Source: Laetmonice hystrix
Lineage: Eukaryota
Direction of reading: 5' to 3'
NCBI GenBank assembly: GCA_965235115.1
Contig: OZ249443.1
Coordinates: forward strand, 7,006,001 to 7,070,000
Length of the DNA: 64,000 nt
Shown here: one piece after another, positions 14,125 through 28,435 of the stretch
Position numbering within the stretch: position 1 is the stretch's first letter
Layout: the number at the start of each line of letters is the position of its first letter
Notes under the pieces: model-generated
Database searches by the model: none
Told to the model about the DNA's origin: nothing
Seen by the model: the letters and a program-made list of their open reading frames with translations, nothing else
Made by a program: the position numbers and the translations under genes

Positions 14125-15901
14125 TCGCCACCTGGCCTCGGCTCGCCACCTTGCCCCAGTCCACTGCTGTATCTTAATACAAACCCATGTTACAGACGAT
14201 ACCTGCAGCTAGTCGCGAGTCTCAACACTGATGTCAAATTACGACAGCTCAATCATCCTGCACAATTTGCGGGTCTGGCTTCTACACTGAACTATCTACA
14301 CGCTTGTGGCGAAGTTTGGCACTTACAGCGGAGTGTATCTCGGCAAACGTCCGCACTGGGGATCTGTCCAGCAGACCCAGAGGAAGCATTAATTCTGAAG
14401 TCCCAGCCGACAGGAGATAACAAAAACAGCGTTTTCGACACAAATTTAGCACCTAAGGTATAGGACCTAAATGGATGTAAACTCTATGGCCCGGTGGCAG
14501 AAACTCTTTATACCTAGCAATCCTTACGGGCTAAGAACCGGTCTGAACGACACAACTGCATTATTCCCCGCAAGGGGAGGTGAATCTCGCTGTATCCATT
14601 ATAAAGGCAGACTAGCATGAGTTATCTCAAATAAGATCTCCTTCCCGGCCCTCAAAACCACAAGAGAAGTTCAACTACCTTCATCATATTTCAAATTGTA
14701 GAAATGATAAGTTGTCATCAAACCCACCGTGGGGGTAAATATAAATATTTTCCTCCACCCTAATTCCAGCCTCCTCTCTTTCAAGACAGCTCGCCGATAT
14801 TCTGAGAGGCTTTCTCTATCTCCCTCCTCCCCTGCGGTAAACTCATTTTCCACCGTAACTAGCGAGCGCCGTATTTCCGCTGTGCATTAGCAGGGACGGG
14901 ATCCTGTGGCTGGAAGATTCTGTGTGAACCTTCCGTTATCACACCAGAGACTGTAAGTGCATGGCTGTCAGCAATACCAATCATCAGCCCAATAAGGCGA
15001 TCATTTCCTTTTAAATTATGGGCCAATCGCGGGGCCTATTTCCGGATTATGGAGGCTAGAAATGGACAGTTCTGCCGGTGTGCTGTATCCCTGAGAGGCA
15101 GCCGTGTATCCCTGAGGGGGAGCTCATTCTCCTTTGGGGGGTAGTTCACCATCCCAGGGTGAATTATTAATTGCAGTAAAATCCTCGTACCTTCTCTAGA
15201 TGGTTCCACACATGCTTACAAATTGCAAATCGACTTTCCTTGAGTGAACATCTCAGGTGGTGGCAATTCAGGCAGGGGAGTCTGGGAAATATTGGCCCCG
15301 TCTTCAAAGCGTCCGTTTGACAGTGGCACGGAGTTGTCACCCGTGATTGTTTGCAGAACACTGGGAGTTGTGAACGTGCCTCTTTATAATCTACAGTGCC
15401 TCACTGCCTGGTGTAACATGCACCACTGTCCGACCATTAAGACATCAGTGAACGGTGCACAACCGGCTTACCCTGCCACCATATAGCAAACCTCAGCCTA
15501 GAGAACCGTCTCCCGGTCAGGATAAGGTTACTACTACTGCTAATGAGAGAAACAGTTACACATAAGATGGTCTACAAACGGTGTTTTAGTCTGCTATTAT
15601 AGCATCCCAAGTTGAAACCACGCTCGAGTTGCCCGCGCCAAGCGTCACTTTCCATACACTACTCACCCTTACAGACGGCGGCGGTACGCTAGCCGAGTGG
15701 GCTGAGGCAGGGGCAGGGTGGAACGCTCTCCCCCCTCCCCTTACCGCAGTCTGATGACATCTGTCTGTACCTCAATGTGGCCCTCCCATCACAATCCAAC
15801 CAATGCCCCCATTCCTCGGTTAGGTCAGGTTGTGGTTTGGCTCTCTCAAACCGTCACAAACAGTCGCATGACAGTCTGACAGCCAATTACATGCTTCAGA
15901 T

Positions 15902-17131
15902 CCTCTCTGACACCAAGACCTCATCCTACGGTCCCCTCTCTGACACCAAGACCTCATCCTACGGTCCCCTCTCTGACACCAAGACCTCATCCTACGGTCC
16001 CCTCTCTGACACCAAGAACTCATCCTACGGCCCCCTCTCCGACACCAAGACCTCGTCCTACGGTCCCCTCTCTGACACCAAGACCTCATCCTACGGCCCC
16101 CTCTCCGACACCAAGACCTCATCCTACGGTCCCCTCTCTGACACCAAGACCTCATCCTACGGTCCCCTCTCTGACACCAAGACCTCATCCTACGGTCCCC
16201 TCTCTGACACCAAGAACTCATCCTACGGTCCCCTCTCGGACACCAAGACCTCATCCTACGGTCCCCTCTCTGACACCAAGAACTCATCCTACGGTCCCCT
16301 CTCTGACACCAAGACCTCATCCTACGGTCCCCTCTCTGACACCAAGAACTCATCCTACGGTCCCCTCTCGGACACCAAGACCTCATCCTACGGTCCCCTC
16401 TCGGATACCAAGACCTCATCCTACGGTCCCCTCTCGGACACCAAGACCTCATCCTACGGCCCCCTCTCCGACACCAAGACCTCGTCCTACGGTCCCCTCT
16501 CCGACACCAAGACCTCGTCCTACGGTCCCCTCTCTGACACCAAGAACTCATCCTACGGTCCCCTCTCTGACACCAAGACCTCATCCCACGGCCCCCTCTC
16601 CGACACCAAGACCTCATCCTACGGCCCCCTCTCCGACACCAAGACCTCATCCTACGGTACCCTCTCTGACACCAAGAACTCATCCTACGGTCCCCTCTCT
16701 GACACCAAGACCTCATCCTACGGTCCCCTCTCTGACACCAAGACCTCATCCTACGGTCCCCTCTCTGACACAAAGACCTCATCCTACGGTCCCCTCTCTG
16801 ACACCAAGAACTCATCCTACGGTCCCCTCTCGGACACCAAGACCTCATCCTACGGTCCCCTCTCTGACACCAAGAACTCATCCTACGGTCCCCTCTCGGA
16901 CACCAAGACCTCATCCTACGGTCCCCTCTCTGACACCAAGACCTCATCCTACGGTCCCCTCTCGGACACCAAGACCTCATCCTACGGTCCCCTCTCGGAC
17001 ACCAAGACCTCATCCTACGGTCCCCTCTCGGACACCAAGACCTCATCCTACGGTCCCCTCTCTGACACCAAGACCTCATCCTACGGTCCCCTCTCTGACA
17101 CCAAGACCTTATCCTACGGTCCCCTCTCTGA
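15902..17131. repeat. Minisatellite, 33-bp unit (CTCTCTGACACCAAGACCTCATCCTACGGTCCC), ~37 copies, no indels; open frame [11 protein letters not shown] on +
   Basis: Read directly; ORF track 15777-17183 (+) and 15820-17145 (-). Confidence 0.97.
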
Positions 17132-17925
17132 AGGATGTAATACACTAAGTCAAATAGCCACGGAAGTCAAATTTCACCGATGAGATTTAAGCTCACTACC
17201 TTTCAATCTTATACTATTAAACTTATCTCTCCTGAATGGATTGACGGCCCAAACCAGGTCAGGGGCCTGCCATAATGGAGCCCAGCTCCTCGGCCTATAA
17301 TAATCGGGCTGGCAGCTCCCTGAGACTGTACAGTGTTCACGATAGTTGGTTTCCCACTCTCCTTGAACTGGGAACCTCTGTACCGAGTGCTCCTTCCACC
17401 GACCGAGGGGTGGATGGTAGAGGCTGCCAACACACAACCCACAGCGGATAGCAGAGCACTGTCGTGTCCATAGAAATGTCAACAATGCACTCAGTTTGGC
17501 ATCTGTATTTACCGGTCCTCAATCATCAGTCGACTTGAGCAAACAACGGTCGCTGGCAATGGGGTGGGAGTGGGGGTGGAGGAGGGGGTGGGGGTGCAGG
17601 GAGATCATCTATCTGATGGCACCCCAATACGAACCCCCCACCTACCCTCCCTCCCTCCGTCTCCCAGGATTCCCGACCCCACTCGCAGACCCCCTATATC
17701 AACCATCACACGGTACCATCTAATTGTCTTATTGTGTCCTCCTCAGGAGGCTGACCGCGCTGGCATGAGGCGGCCAATGATGTCATCTGATAGCCTCATC
17801 CCCTGCCATCTGGTCGGCCGGCTTGCAGATTGGTCATAAGCCATGCTCACAAAGTGCCTACTCAACAAAACGAAAGTGAAACCACATCCAGCAGCGGCTG
17901 TCATCTCTCCCGTCCGCCAACAGTA

Positions 17926-18792
17926 CACCCGCCCACCTCCGTCTCTCCCGTCCCCCAACACCCACCCACCTCCGTCTCTCCCGTCCCCCAACACCCGCCC
18001 ACCTCCGTCTCTCCCGTCCCCCAACACCCGCCCACCTCCGTCTCTCCCGTCCCCCAACACCCGCCCACCCCCGTCTCTCCCGTCCCCCAACACCCACACA
18101 CCTCCGTCCCCCAACACCCACCCACCTCCGTCTCTCCCGTCCCCCAACACCCGCCCACCTCCGTCTCTCCCGTCCCCCAACACCCACCAACCTCCGTCTC
18201 TCTCGTCCCCCAACACCCACCCACCTCCGTCTCTCCCGTCCCCCAACACCCACACACCTCCGTCCCCCAACACCCACCCACCTCCGTCTCTCCCGTCCCC
18301 CAACACCCGCCCACCTCCGTCTCTCCCGTCCCCCAACACCCGCCCACCTCCGTCTCTCCCGTCCCCCAACACCCACCCACCTCCGTCTCTCCCGTCCCCC
18401 AACACCCACACACCTCCGTCCCCCAACACCCACCCACCTCCGTCTCTCCCGTCCCCCAACACCCACACACCTCCGTCCCCCAACACCCACCCACCTCCGT
18501 CTCTCCCGTCCCCCAACACCCGCCCACCTCCGTCTCTCCCGTCCCCCAACACCCGCCCACCTCCGTCTCTCCCGTCCCCCAACACCCACCCACCTCCGTC
18601 TCTCCCGTCCCCCAACACGCACACACCTCCGTCCCCCAACACCCGCCCACCTCCGTCTCTCCCGTCCCCCAACACCCGCCCACCTCCGTCTCTCCCGTCC
18701 CCCAACACCCGCCCACCTCCGTCTCTCCCGTCCCCCAACACCCACACACCTCCGTCTCTCCCGTCCCCCAACACCCACCAACCTCCGTCTCT
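17926..18792. repeat. C-rich minisatellite, 33-bp unit (CACCCGCCCACCTCCGTCTCTCCCGTCCCCCAA) mixed with 24-bp units, ~28 units
   Basis: Read directly. Stop-free in five frames because of its composition. Confidence 0.97.
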
Positions 18793-20184
18793 ACACGACC
18801 CCGCTCGATAACGAGCCAATCTTTCATAAGATATCGCGGCAATGCCTTCAAAGCCGCGCAGTTATGGAGAAACGTACGTGTCGATAAATTCTACCGTTTT
18901 AGGCAAGTGTATCGGCAACTCACTGACGTCGTCATCACTGTGCCCTAACCCTGGGTACGGCTTGCCGACGACATACAATGGGTTTACTCTACAAAATTAC
19001 CATTTCCATTAGCTAATCCATCAAAGGTTCAGCGTCAAGACTGTATTCAAAATGCCAGGATATCTCTAACACAATACGTTGGAGTCAGGAATTGGGTTGG
19101 AGCATTAACAACGCCGAACGCTAACAATACCTATCAATATGGCTTACTGAAATCGGATCAATGATAATCAAACATCGGACAATCATATGAGGGTTATTTA
19201 ATCTTTCCCTTGTAACCTTTCCGGTTCATGACATTTGGACAACAAATGGTGTGCGCATATTGCATATTTGTTCTGAAATATGCTTGGCGCTGAAAGGCAG
19301 TAGCAGAGTATTACACTTTTCGAATAAATATGAAGCTATGACTTATACTTCCAAATATGAGTCAAACTTCATTTTTCCAGCACACTCACACGTCCAATGG
19401 TTGTCAATATATTCCTGTGTCTGTCGTTACAGATCAAAGAATAGATCGATCAGAGATCAATACGATCCTTGTCCAATATATAGTGGTATCAATAATTCAA
19501 ACTACAGTTAACTCAATTTTCTATTGGAAATAACCACACAATAAAAACCGAGTGCCATTCAAATGGATAGCAATTCTTCCTGAACCGGAGTGCATACGTA
19601 AACATGTGGCTACCATGGAAACACGAATCAAACATTGACTTTTTGGTGAGGATCTATTGCAGCCATATCAGCCATATCTAAATGAAGCGTCGATCTATCA
19701 CCCTAAGCACTACAGACTGCTCTGTTCGCTCAACCGTACATCAACGTTATACGCTTCACAATATGCCATGCATTTATGTATGAGACATTCTTTTCACACT
19801 CTCAATGTATGTTTTTATGTTTTAATGTTCACTAAATTATGCAGTGTTTTTTATTCAAGCTGCCTCGAACTTTCCAATGTCTGGCAAATGATAAAACACA
19901 TTTTTCCTGTCTCGACATATCGAGCTAGCGTGTTTCAACTTTGCTCATTTAACTTTTATAAGTTTACGATAAGCCTAAACTCACTCTAAACTCTACACCA
20001 AAGGAATTTAAGGAACAAAACAAATATGAGTTAATCTGCCTACAGCGCCATCTATATCTTTGAACTGGCATCAACATCAGAGTCAGTGTGCCTTTCTACT
20101 CCCGACTCGTTCGTGTGGTTGCGTAGAATTACCACCTGCCCAGTGACATGAGGGACGGCCTTTGTACAAAGACACCTTCCAACT

Positions 20185-20250
20185 GACCACAATGGTCAAA
20201 TTAACCGGACAGTGGGCGACCACAACGGTCAAATTAACCAGAGAGTGGGC
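20185..20250. repeat. Two-copy 33-bp tandem duplication (GACCACAAYGGTCAAATTAACCRGASAGTGGGC)
   Basis: Copies at 20185-20217 and 20218-20250. Confidence 0.9.
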
Positions 20251-21779
20251 AGTCATCATGGTCGGACGCTACCATATAACTGTCTGATCGACCCACAACA
20301 AACCTCCGACACCGAACAACTCGGCCCGTTTGGTTTGACTATACGGAGCTATAACGAACATTGTATTCGCCAATCTCCTGCCCCTCTCCGGGTCGGAGCG
20401 ACGGGTCGGACCTCCTGACAACTCCTCGTCACTTCACTGAGATATCTACACTTGTACCTCCAGTCAGTCCTAGCCGGTCTGGTGGTCAGTGATTCAATGA
20501 TCATTGTGACTAGACAGTTCGTGTCGATCAATTCGCCTTTGTTCATTTCAGTAACAATAGCCATATCGAGATTCTAAGCTCGCTAACAATGGTGAAAGAG
20601 TGAACTCACTGGTGAGATTGGACGTATTGTCCTTGAATCGTCATTCCTAGTGATCAGATCTCTGTGGCCGGGGAATGAAAGACAAAACCCTGCCCCCTCC
20701 CCCTCCCAATCCACATGACGGACACGAGCTGGTGCCTCTCCAAGTTTAGTATCGTACGTGCTGCCCTTAGACGGTGCTAACGATCTCATGGTTTACACTT
20801 GGTGAAAGACTCCTTCCTTACACGGTCCCGTGCTCTTATTAAGTTGCTTTGATAGGCACGTCGGTGGCGCTCAATTACTGTAAAGCCCATTAGCCTCAAA
20901 GCTAAAATGAAACAGACCGCAGCAGATGAGTGACGCGGGCAAATTAGCTGTTCCACCCTCCACCTGCCTTTGTGGGGTCTCTGTGATATAGCCATGGGTG
21001 ACCTCTCTGTATGGGAGATTGAGGCAGGCCAGGGCAAGGCTCGTCTGCGCACGGCCTGGAAAAGGGACACCGTGCTCCGATAGGGTTGAAACGGCCTGGC
21101 CATGTGTGATATAACATAGACCACCAGATGAGGCAATTGCCCCTCGCCACATACATTGTGCTGTAAATGGATCACACTGATGTTGGATTGTAGCTGCCGC
21201 CGCTCGTGCTGGCTCCACCTGGTGGTGGAGATAAGAGAATGGCTCAGTTTGGGAGAGCTGTTTAGGACGACGACGATCTGCCTGCAGCAGTCGTGTCAGA
21301 CACGTGGATGACTGAAGACAATAGTCAGCTGGCCTTCCCTGCTCGCCCCACCACACCCACACGAGCTTAGTGAGCGTCATTACATTACTGCCAGGTCCTC
21401 AAGTAACTTCGCATGTCTCCGGTTTCAATCAGGCTCTGGTGGACAATAAAAATTAATGACGACCTCAATACATTCAATCTGCTGGTTGCCAATGTCGTAC
21501 GGACGCCCCATGTTTTAATACGAGTCATTTAGCGGTTACAGGCACCCAACCCTACCCAGTTATTATCCATCAGTGTCACACTGCCTGACAACAAAGTTCA
21601 CAGCTTTAGTGTCGTACACCAGTCCTTGCGACCTCCTACGGCTGTACATACTTTATATGGGGAACTCGAACCATTCCTGACCAAACAGATACCAGTTAGG
21701 CACAATCAAAGGTTCGATTAATCACCTGTAAAATCTACGGTGTCCCATAGGGCCGTCAAACAATCCAGGTCGTAAAACC

Positions 21780-22330
21780 CTGGTAATGTAACCTTTCAGA
21801 CGTGCAAGCAGTGACACGGAAACCATCGGCACCAAATTCTGGTAGCCCTCTCTGCATACAAGTCTGTTCACTACAACTTGAGCCTGACCGTTGCCTCATT
21901 AAAGACAGTAACCCGCCACCCAAAACCAGCTAGACTAGTTACCAGGCTACAGCTGTTGAAGCTGCCCGGCTTGTCTCGGAGATTGCTAAATGCCCACATT
22001 GGCTACCACTCTACCAGTTAGGGTATGAGGGTCAGGGGTCACTTGAATATCTGCGAGCTCAAGTTGGACAGAACGTCGAACCGTCACAGTTCTAGATCTG
22101 AGAACGTCAAGTTGGTTGTGATGGCGATATTCAGCACTGCACAGGTTTAGGTTGAGAAGTACCTGGAGATGATCCTCAGGCTGTCAGTATCCGAGATTAG
22201 AAGACGATGGACAGGCTGCAAGGATCCAAGATAACCCAACTGTGGACAGCCCACCAATATCTCAGCGTGGAGCGGTGAGAACCCGCCAGAAACATATACC
22301 GGAAGTGATGAAGCTCACCTGTTATTATCT
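21780..22330 (+). mobile_element. Possible decayed Gypsy-type LTR retrotransposon integrase remnant
   Basis: Fragments in the expected order: KFW*PSLH (~21835; cf. FWWP.M), VSEIAKCPHWLP (~21975; cf. EIVRLHG.P), GQ/ER.TVTVLDLRT (~22068; cf. GQTER.NRT..D.LR), RGAVRTRQKH (~22267; cf. RRS.R.RK.P tail). Many stops and frameshifts. Confidence 0.3.
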
Positions 22331-25300
22331 TACATGGTGTGCCGTGTGCCATACACTGGTATCCCTGTCCTGTTTCCCCAAATATAATCTGCTGTTCAAA
22401 TACACCCAGTCTGTTTACCCACTTTCCCCAAATTTCCATTTTAATCGACATTACCGCACTACTTAAACTTGAAGGACCACAGGCTCTTCTGTCTATCAAC
22501 GTGAGGCAGCCCCCGGCTTATCTACCGGGCACCATAAATTCTGGGCCTGAGGAACTCTTTATCAATTCTTAACTAGTCTCTACCGAGAACCCTGGACGGC
22601 CAGACGGCCAAACTGTAGCCAGAGAATCTCTGAGATTGAAAGTCTCCCCCTCAAGGCTGAAGGCAAGTAATGAGTGTTTGCAGATCAATTACCAGACTTT
22701 TAGGTCTAGGTTTAATGTAGTTCTATTAAAACCCTAATGACTTGCAGCGCCAGCAGCAGCTTGAGATAATAGATCCCCAGGCTGGGATGGGCTCTTTCAT
22801 TATTCCTCCATGGCAAACACAGATGTCTTTTTCATCCCACCAATGTGGCGCAATCCTCCGGGCGCATTCAAAATGCATGCAGACACGGCCCGGATCCTGG
22901 AGCATGAGGCACTTTCCCGCTGGTCGACTGGGGACATTGGGGTCAGTCTCCAGATGTAATCAATGACAACTCTGCCATCTGTAGGCCTGTAGGAATCACG
23001 CTGCCATCGACTGCTATCGGCTGGACTGACCCACACGACATATACATATGGAACACTGTCGTATTGACTTATACCGTATTTACCTCAATCCCCGAGCCTA
23101 TTCCCAAACCACAACCACCCCTCATCCCGCCACTGATAAAGACACCCACTGAAGACAGTCACGACCGATCTGGAGCTGTAGTCTCTTGTATTTTCTGTAC
23201 TTACCAGTTACTGGCGATTAAAAAATACCCTCTGCGACTATAGAAGAGAAAATACCGGGTTCTACTAAACCACACGATCTCATAATTTGTGAGAGACAAC
23301 GATATCACTGAAACATCACTGGTGTTGTAGAGAACAACTTTAATTCTTGCTGGGAATCATCAGTTCAACTACAGCAAACCAGATAAAAGCGGTCGGGCGG
23401 GAAAATCGTGATAAACCTACTGAAAAGGATGAGGGATCAAAGCAAGCATGGCACGTATGTCATCACTCAACTGTCACCAGGCCGGCCTTAGATCTCAGGA
23501 CTTCTCTCCCGTATTAAGGACTCGCCGTCCCTAGTCGTCCTGTATGCCGATACTCGTACAAAACGTCACCACTTGCATGCTTCCAGCGCTCTTTACGAGT
23601 CAGCCTGATCAGCCATTATTTCAAGACGCCATTATTTCATTTTGTGAATGGAACAGAACACGCTGCCTCGCAAATAACATTTCTCCGAAAGGTTAATTAC
23701 ATGGCTTCTCCTATTTCCTACCGTCTGCTTCAATGCATTGTCGCCAGGAACAATAGCCCAGATTGCTTTCGTCAAATGGCTGTGGACATAGGCTCTAACT
23801 AACAGAAATCCCTACTATTATCAGAGACACGGGCCTACAGGATGCTATCCGGGAATCAAGGACCACGATGTTGAAAGACGTCGCCCAGCTGTGAGGTATT
23901 GCTTACATTGTATTTTTCTGTCCCTGATCTGTCGCTGTGTTCCGACACAAGACAAGGAGCGACTGTGAAGGTGTCAATGCCCTCTTGTGTTTGGGCGTCG
24001 ACGAAAAGAAGCCCACACACCGAAGCCCGGCTGATTGTTTGCTGTTCGGAAACGGCTCTCAGTTATCATGGCTGATTCCAAATGCTAGAATTCCCATACA
24101 GTTTGGTAGGAAGAAGTACCAAACTATCATTATTCCCTGCCTAACTCCTACTCCCGGTCCCCTACCCTTCCACCAAACTTTGTGAGAATTTACCATGGGT
24201 AAATACCCGGTATTGTTAAACTTCACACACGGCATTGACTACAGGAGGGAGGGCGTCTGAATGCTAACCTACTATGAACACCTCTAATTGGCCATTTAAC
24301 GCAGCCAATCCGGATCGTTCTCTCTCTCTGGTCGGGTTCTCAGTGACGGTCTCCTGGTAATGACCTGTGCCCAGGTTAACTTACCACAGTGTGGAGGTAA
24401 ATGAGCGGGTGATGTACTTATCTGACGACCCGCGGGAACTACTCCCGAGTAGAAGTATGACTCTAGAGTAACGCCATACGCTCTCTATACGTGCCTTGAA
24501 TGTCGGACACCCACATCTCTACACAATCGTGACCTCAGTATGACCGTGTCACAGGGTAACGGCAGGATTTGGTGGGGTAAAACAGCGAGGAAAGTTGTAG
24601 TTATACAGGCATGGCAATCTCTCAAACGACAGGTCCGACAGAAGCCCAACAACTGTATTGGTAACACACATGCCTGGTATAGTGTTTCTGTGGAAACATG
24701 ACACACATTTGCTATTAGTACACATTGACGCCATGCGGAGAGTTTTTATTGTCAACCATGCGGGCTCCATCGGCAAGTCAGCACGCTCTCTGCCTTGGTC
24801 CCAATCTACATGCACCATTCCCTTTCAGCTTATAGGGCTCCAAACACTGGATATGCATTTGCCGCAGTTTGAGACATTAAACAATGCTTCTAGCTCTCTA
24901 ATACTTCTTAGCATGAAGGCTGGCTGGCTACTAAAGCTCCCATTCACTTTGTCTAGTATTACGGCAGATCTAGACCTTGGTACCCGGCCTCCACCCACAG
25001 CCTGAATGCCTAAGGAGAAAGCTCCAATGTTCTGCTTAATTAGGTCAAAAGGCATACTACATAGGTTGAAACATGAATCAACTGAACAATTTGTGAAATT
25101 ATGAGTGCAACATTTTTTGTTTGATTCCTAAAAATAAATTTGTCATTTACACAGATTCTTTTGATGATTTGGAATCGAGTGCGACTTTTTCACTTTCTAA
25201 TATTGTAGAATCTAAATGTTGTCACCTCATCAATAGTTTAACAACGCTGTTGGTTTCCTATACAAAAATTGAACGCATTTATGAATATGAAAATTAGACG

Positions 25301-28289
25301 TGTTGATTCTAAAATAACTCGACGTGTCTTATTGCGTGATAGGAAATGACAACAGCAGCGACCGTCGAGTGCTGATTACGACTCAGGAGAATGTATTGTC
25401 TATTTTCAGCCTGTTGAAGTGGAGGTTTTGAAAGCGCAGTAATGGCTGGCTTTCCTGGGTTAATGGCAGGGACGAGTCTGCGATCAGCCACTCAAGAAAG
25501 ATTCTCCAAATCCCCCACACTGATTTAACTCACGCTCTCTTCCACCTGCACCTCAGAGAACTGGGCCAGAAACAAGGAAAAAAGCACAAAATCTAAGGGG
25601 GGAAAGCTTCAGCAATAATTGTTCTGCGATAACTGTATGTGATCAGTTCTGACTACCCCCTGACGATTCTCCAATATTCTAGGTCATTCCTCCTTATACA
25701 AAGATTGAGTTGGTAGAGTAGTGGTGGCCTTGCCGTGACATGTCTATCAATGACAACGTGTTCAATGGGCCCCTCAATCCACCCGCTCCAAACGAAGCCG
25801 TACAAAACTGGCCGAGCCAATAAACTCTAGCCAACCCCCGCTACCATCGGCACGCTGTCCCACAGTGGCAATAACTCAACGCTCAGCCCATTGAACGCGT
25901 AATCAAATGCACGAACGCCACAAATAATATGTGAATGAACGAGCGTTGTTTAAATATTGACCTCATAACCATTGGCATGACAGCCGCAGTAATTGCGTGC
26001 CTCTCCGGGAGGTTTCCAATGGATTAAGACCAAGTGAATGTCGTGTAATATCACCGCCTCAACAAACATCTTCACTCGCATTATAAAGGCTTGATAACAT
26101 TATCAAAATATCACCAAGTCCCCTTCCTCTGCGTGAGAAATACTTCTCTAAAGACGCAACTGGCAAATCAAATATATGAGAAAATTATATAGGTATAAAG
26201 ACGATTTTTGATCCATCGCTTCTGCCTGGAAGCTCTACTCTTTGAAGTCTGTTCTATTAAGTCTAAAAACGAAGAGGAACAGACTCGATAAAAGTCAGTA
26301 TTCCCCATAGATTCAAGCATTTCTTTTATTCATCAATCTTTAATGCCCTGTTATAAGGTAGCTTTATTGCTATCAAATTACAGACTTCTGTCATCAATTC
26401 TTTGTGCTTGAATAAGTATCACTTTAATAATTACATGTATAGCTTGCAGCGCAAACACGACGGCTCGATCATATAAAACTGGTAGTTGCTGACAATTGAC
26501 ATCTCTTCAATTACTCACTTTATCATTGTAATCAAAGTATAAAGTCTTATCCAACTCAAATAGTACGTTTGCAGCTGTACTTGTTGGTACTGTGGCCGTT
26601 AAGTGCAATGTTTAATGATAAAGTCTTGGTGCACCGCAAGTGAGGTACAAGCAGAGCTGCTCTGTACCAGCTGCTTCTACACATGCTCATCAGCTTTAAG
26701 GGAGTGCATGCCTGCATTTATAACGAACAGGGTGGGCCAGAATCCAAGATCTTCTGATTATAATGTGTGCTATTCTCGATCCATATTCCGCCTATTCCTC
26801 CAATGAAAGTTTTCTAACGAATCCTAGGATGATCACATGCAAGTGCTAGAAGTTGTTATGAACTTGTCTCTTTGTTTGATTCAGGACTGCCAAACAACTC
26901 AAACAATTGAGTCCGAACCTGATATTTGAGATTGAGTCTGGGACTGGGCTCAGGTGTCCTTGAACGGCCCACACCATTCACCCGCACATTGCTGCAATAT
27001 CCCGTATCGTAGGGCCAGCCCCTTGTGTGTGCCAGACAAGTGGCCCTTGGTGGTCCTCACAGACCACGACTCGCTTCATATCGGCCCAGCTCACACACAG
27101 ACAAGCAGGACACATGGAGGGGGCAAGAATCAGCCGTGTATACATTATACCTTACAAGATTATGGAAGATGAAACTCTCACTCTGCCTTTCAATACACAG
27201 TTCAAGGTCGCTTGGACCACAGAAAATGTCACGAACTCCCTACCTAAACCCTTGTTCCAATAAAACTAAACCGGCAACAAACGTAACCCCTATCTCATCT
27301 ACATAATGTCTTGTCCGCAACAGTACCACAAGTGGGAATTAATTATTCTAAACCCTCGAAAACCTCAGTGTCTCCTTTCAATGAGAGAAAGACCTGGCCA
27401 GGGTTGTGACAGTTTTAAGTTCTCAAGTACGAACGGTGTGCCTATTGGTTGATACTAGTGGGAGGCCACATCTCTCAACCTATTGTTATTATCACGAGTC
27501 TTTTGTTGATTCAGCTTTCTCCTTCACGTCAAATAAACAGAATGTGGGCGAACTGGCAAGTAGGCCTTTCAAAGTGTAGATTGTGCGGTATTGTATCGGA
27601 TTAAACGTGGCTGGGTGACAGTTAAAGTGTCCTAGGAGTTCTTACGAACAGAGGTCGCGACACTGCGGTACACAGCCATCAAAATATGTCCAAAACGACA
27701 TGTCTAACACACACGTAAGTGTACGTCAAGATGATGACTTGTAGGGCTCTACTAAAGAAGGATTAAACTGTACATCACCCAGCACAATGATTTAACAGTT
27801 CCTGTTAAATATCCTCCTCGTGAGCAGTCACTTAGCCATTCTCCCTAGAGGCTGCCATGTGGCCACAATTGCCTCATTTAGGCTCTGGACGTTTTCTCCA
27901 TTTAAAGAATAACAGGTGCTAATATTATATAACGCGAAAAAAATCATGAATTTTGAACGGAAACGCTTGGGACGCATGCTGCTACTGTCATTACTGACAG
28001 ATACTCATTAACGGATACCTGTGTTATCTAGATATACTCATTATCCAGTGTATCCACGTGATGAACCTAGACTTGCAATCAGCCAATCAGCGGCCTCCTC
28101 TGTCCTCAGCCAACCGTCGACGCTGACATAAACCCTCCTGTCCCATAAACCACGGACGGCGGCGCCTTCTCCAAGCTCGGGTCACAATATTTGTCATCAA
28201 TCCGGTCCAGCAGCCATTCTCCAGCCCTGATCCCAACTGGGTGACCTCTTCCTACCACTCTCCTGTCATCATTTCACGGAGAGCCAAGG

Positions 28290-28435
28290 AGATTGGGAAG
28301 GGCGAGACTGAAATAATCGGCTACCTGCACGTAATCACCGGCAAGATGGCTGCAACCTGGAACTTGGAACTTGGAATGTGGAGATTATAAAAACTAACTG
28401 CCTAATGCAAGGGGACCGAGATCTGCGGAAGGGTC
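28290..28435 (+). mobile_element. Possible 5' fragment of an RTE-like LINE apurinic endonuclease ORF
   Basis: LELGTWNV at 28357-28380 matches the GTWNV motif that opens AP-endonuclease domains; a TEI..G-like piece follows in another frame. Very short, so could be chance. Confidence 0.3.

Noticed and set aside
17743-18948. Five overlapping 300-370 aa ORFs (extensin- or mucin-like)
   Set aside because: Open in five frames because the C-rich unit lacks stops; no frame is favoured.
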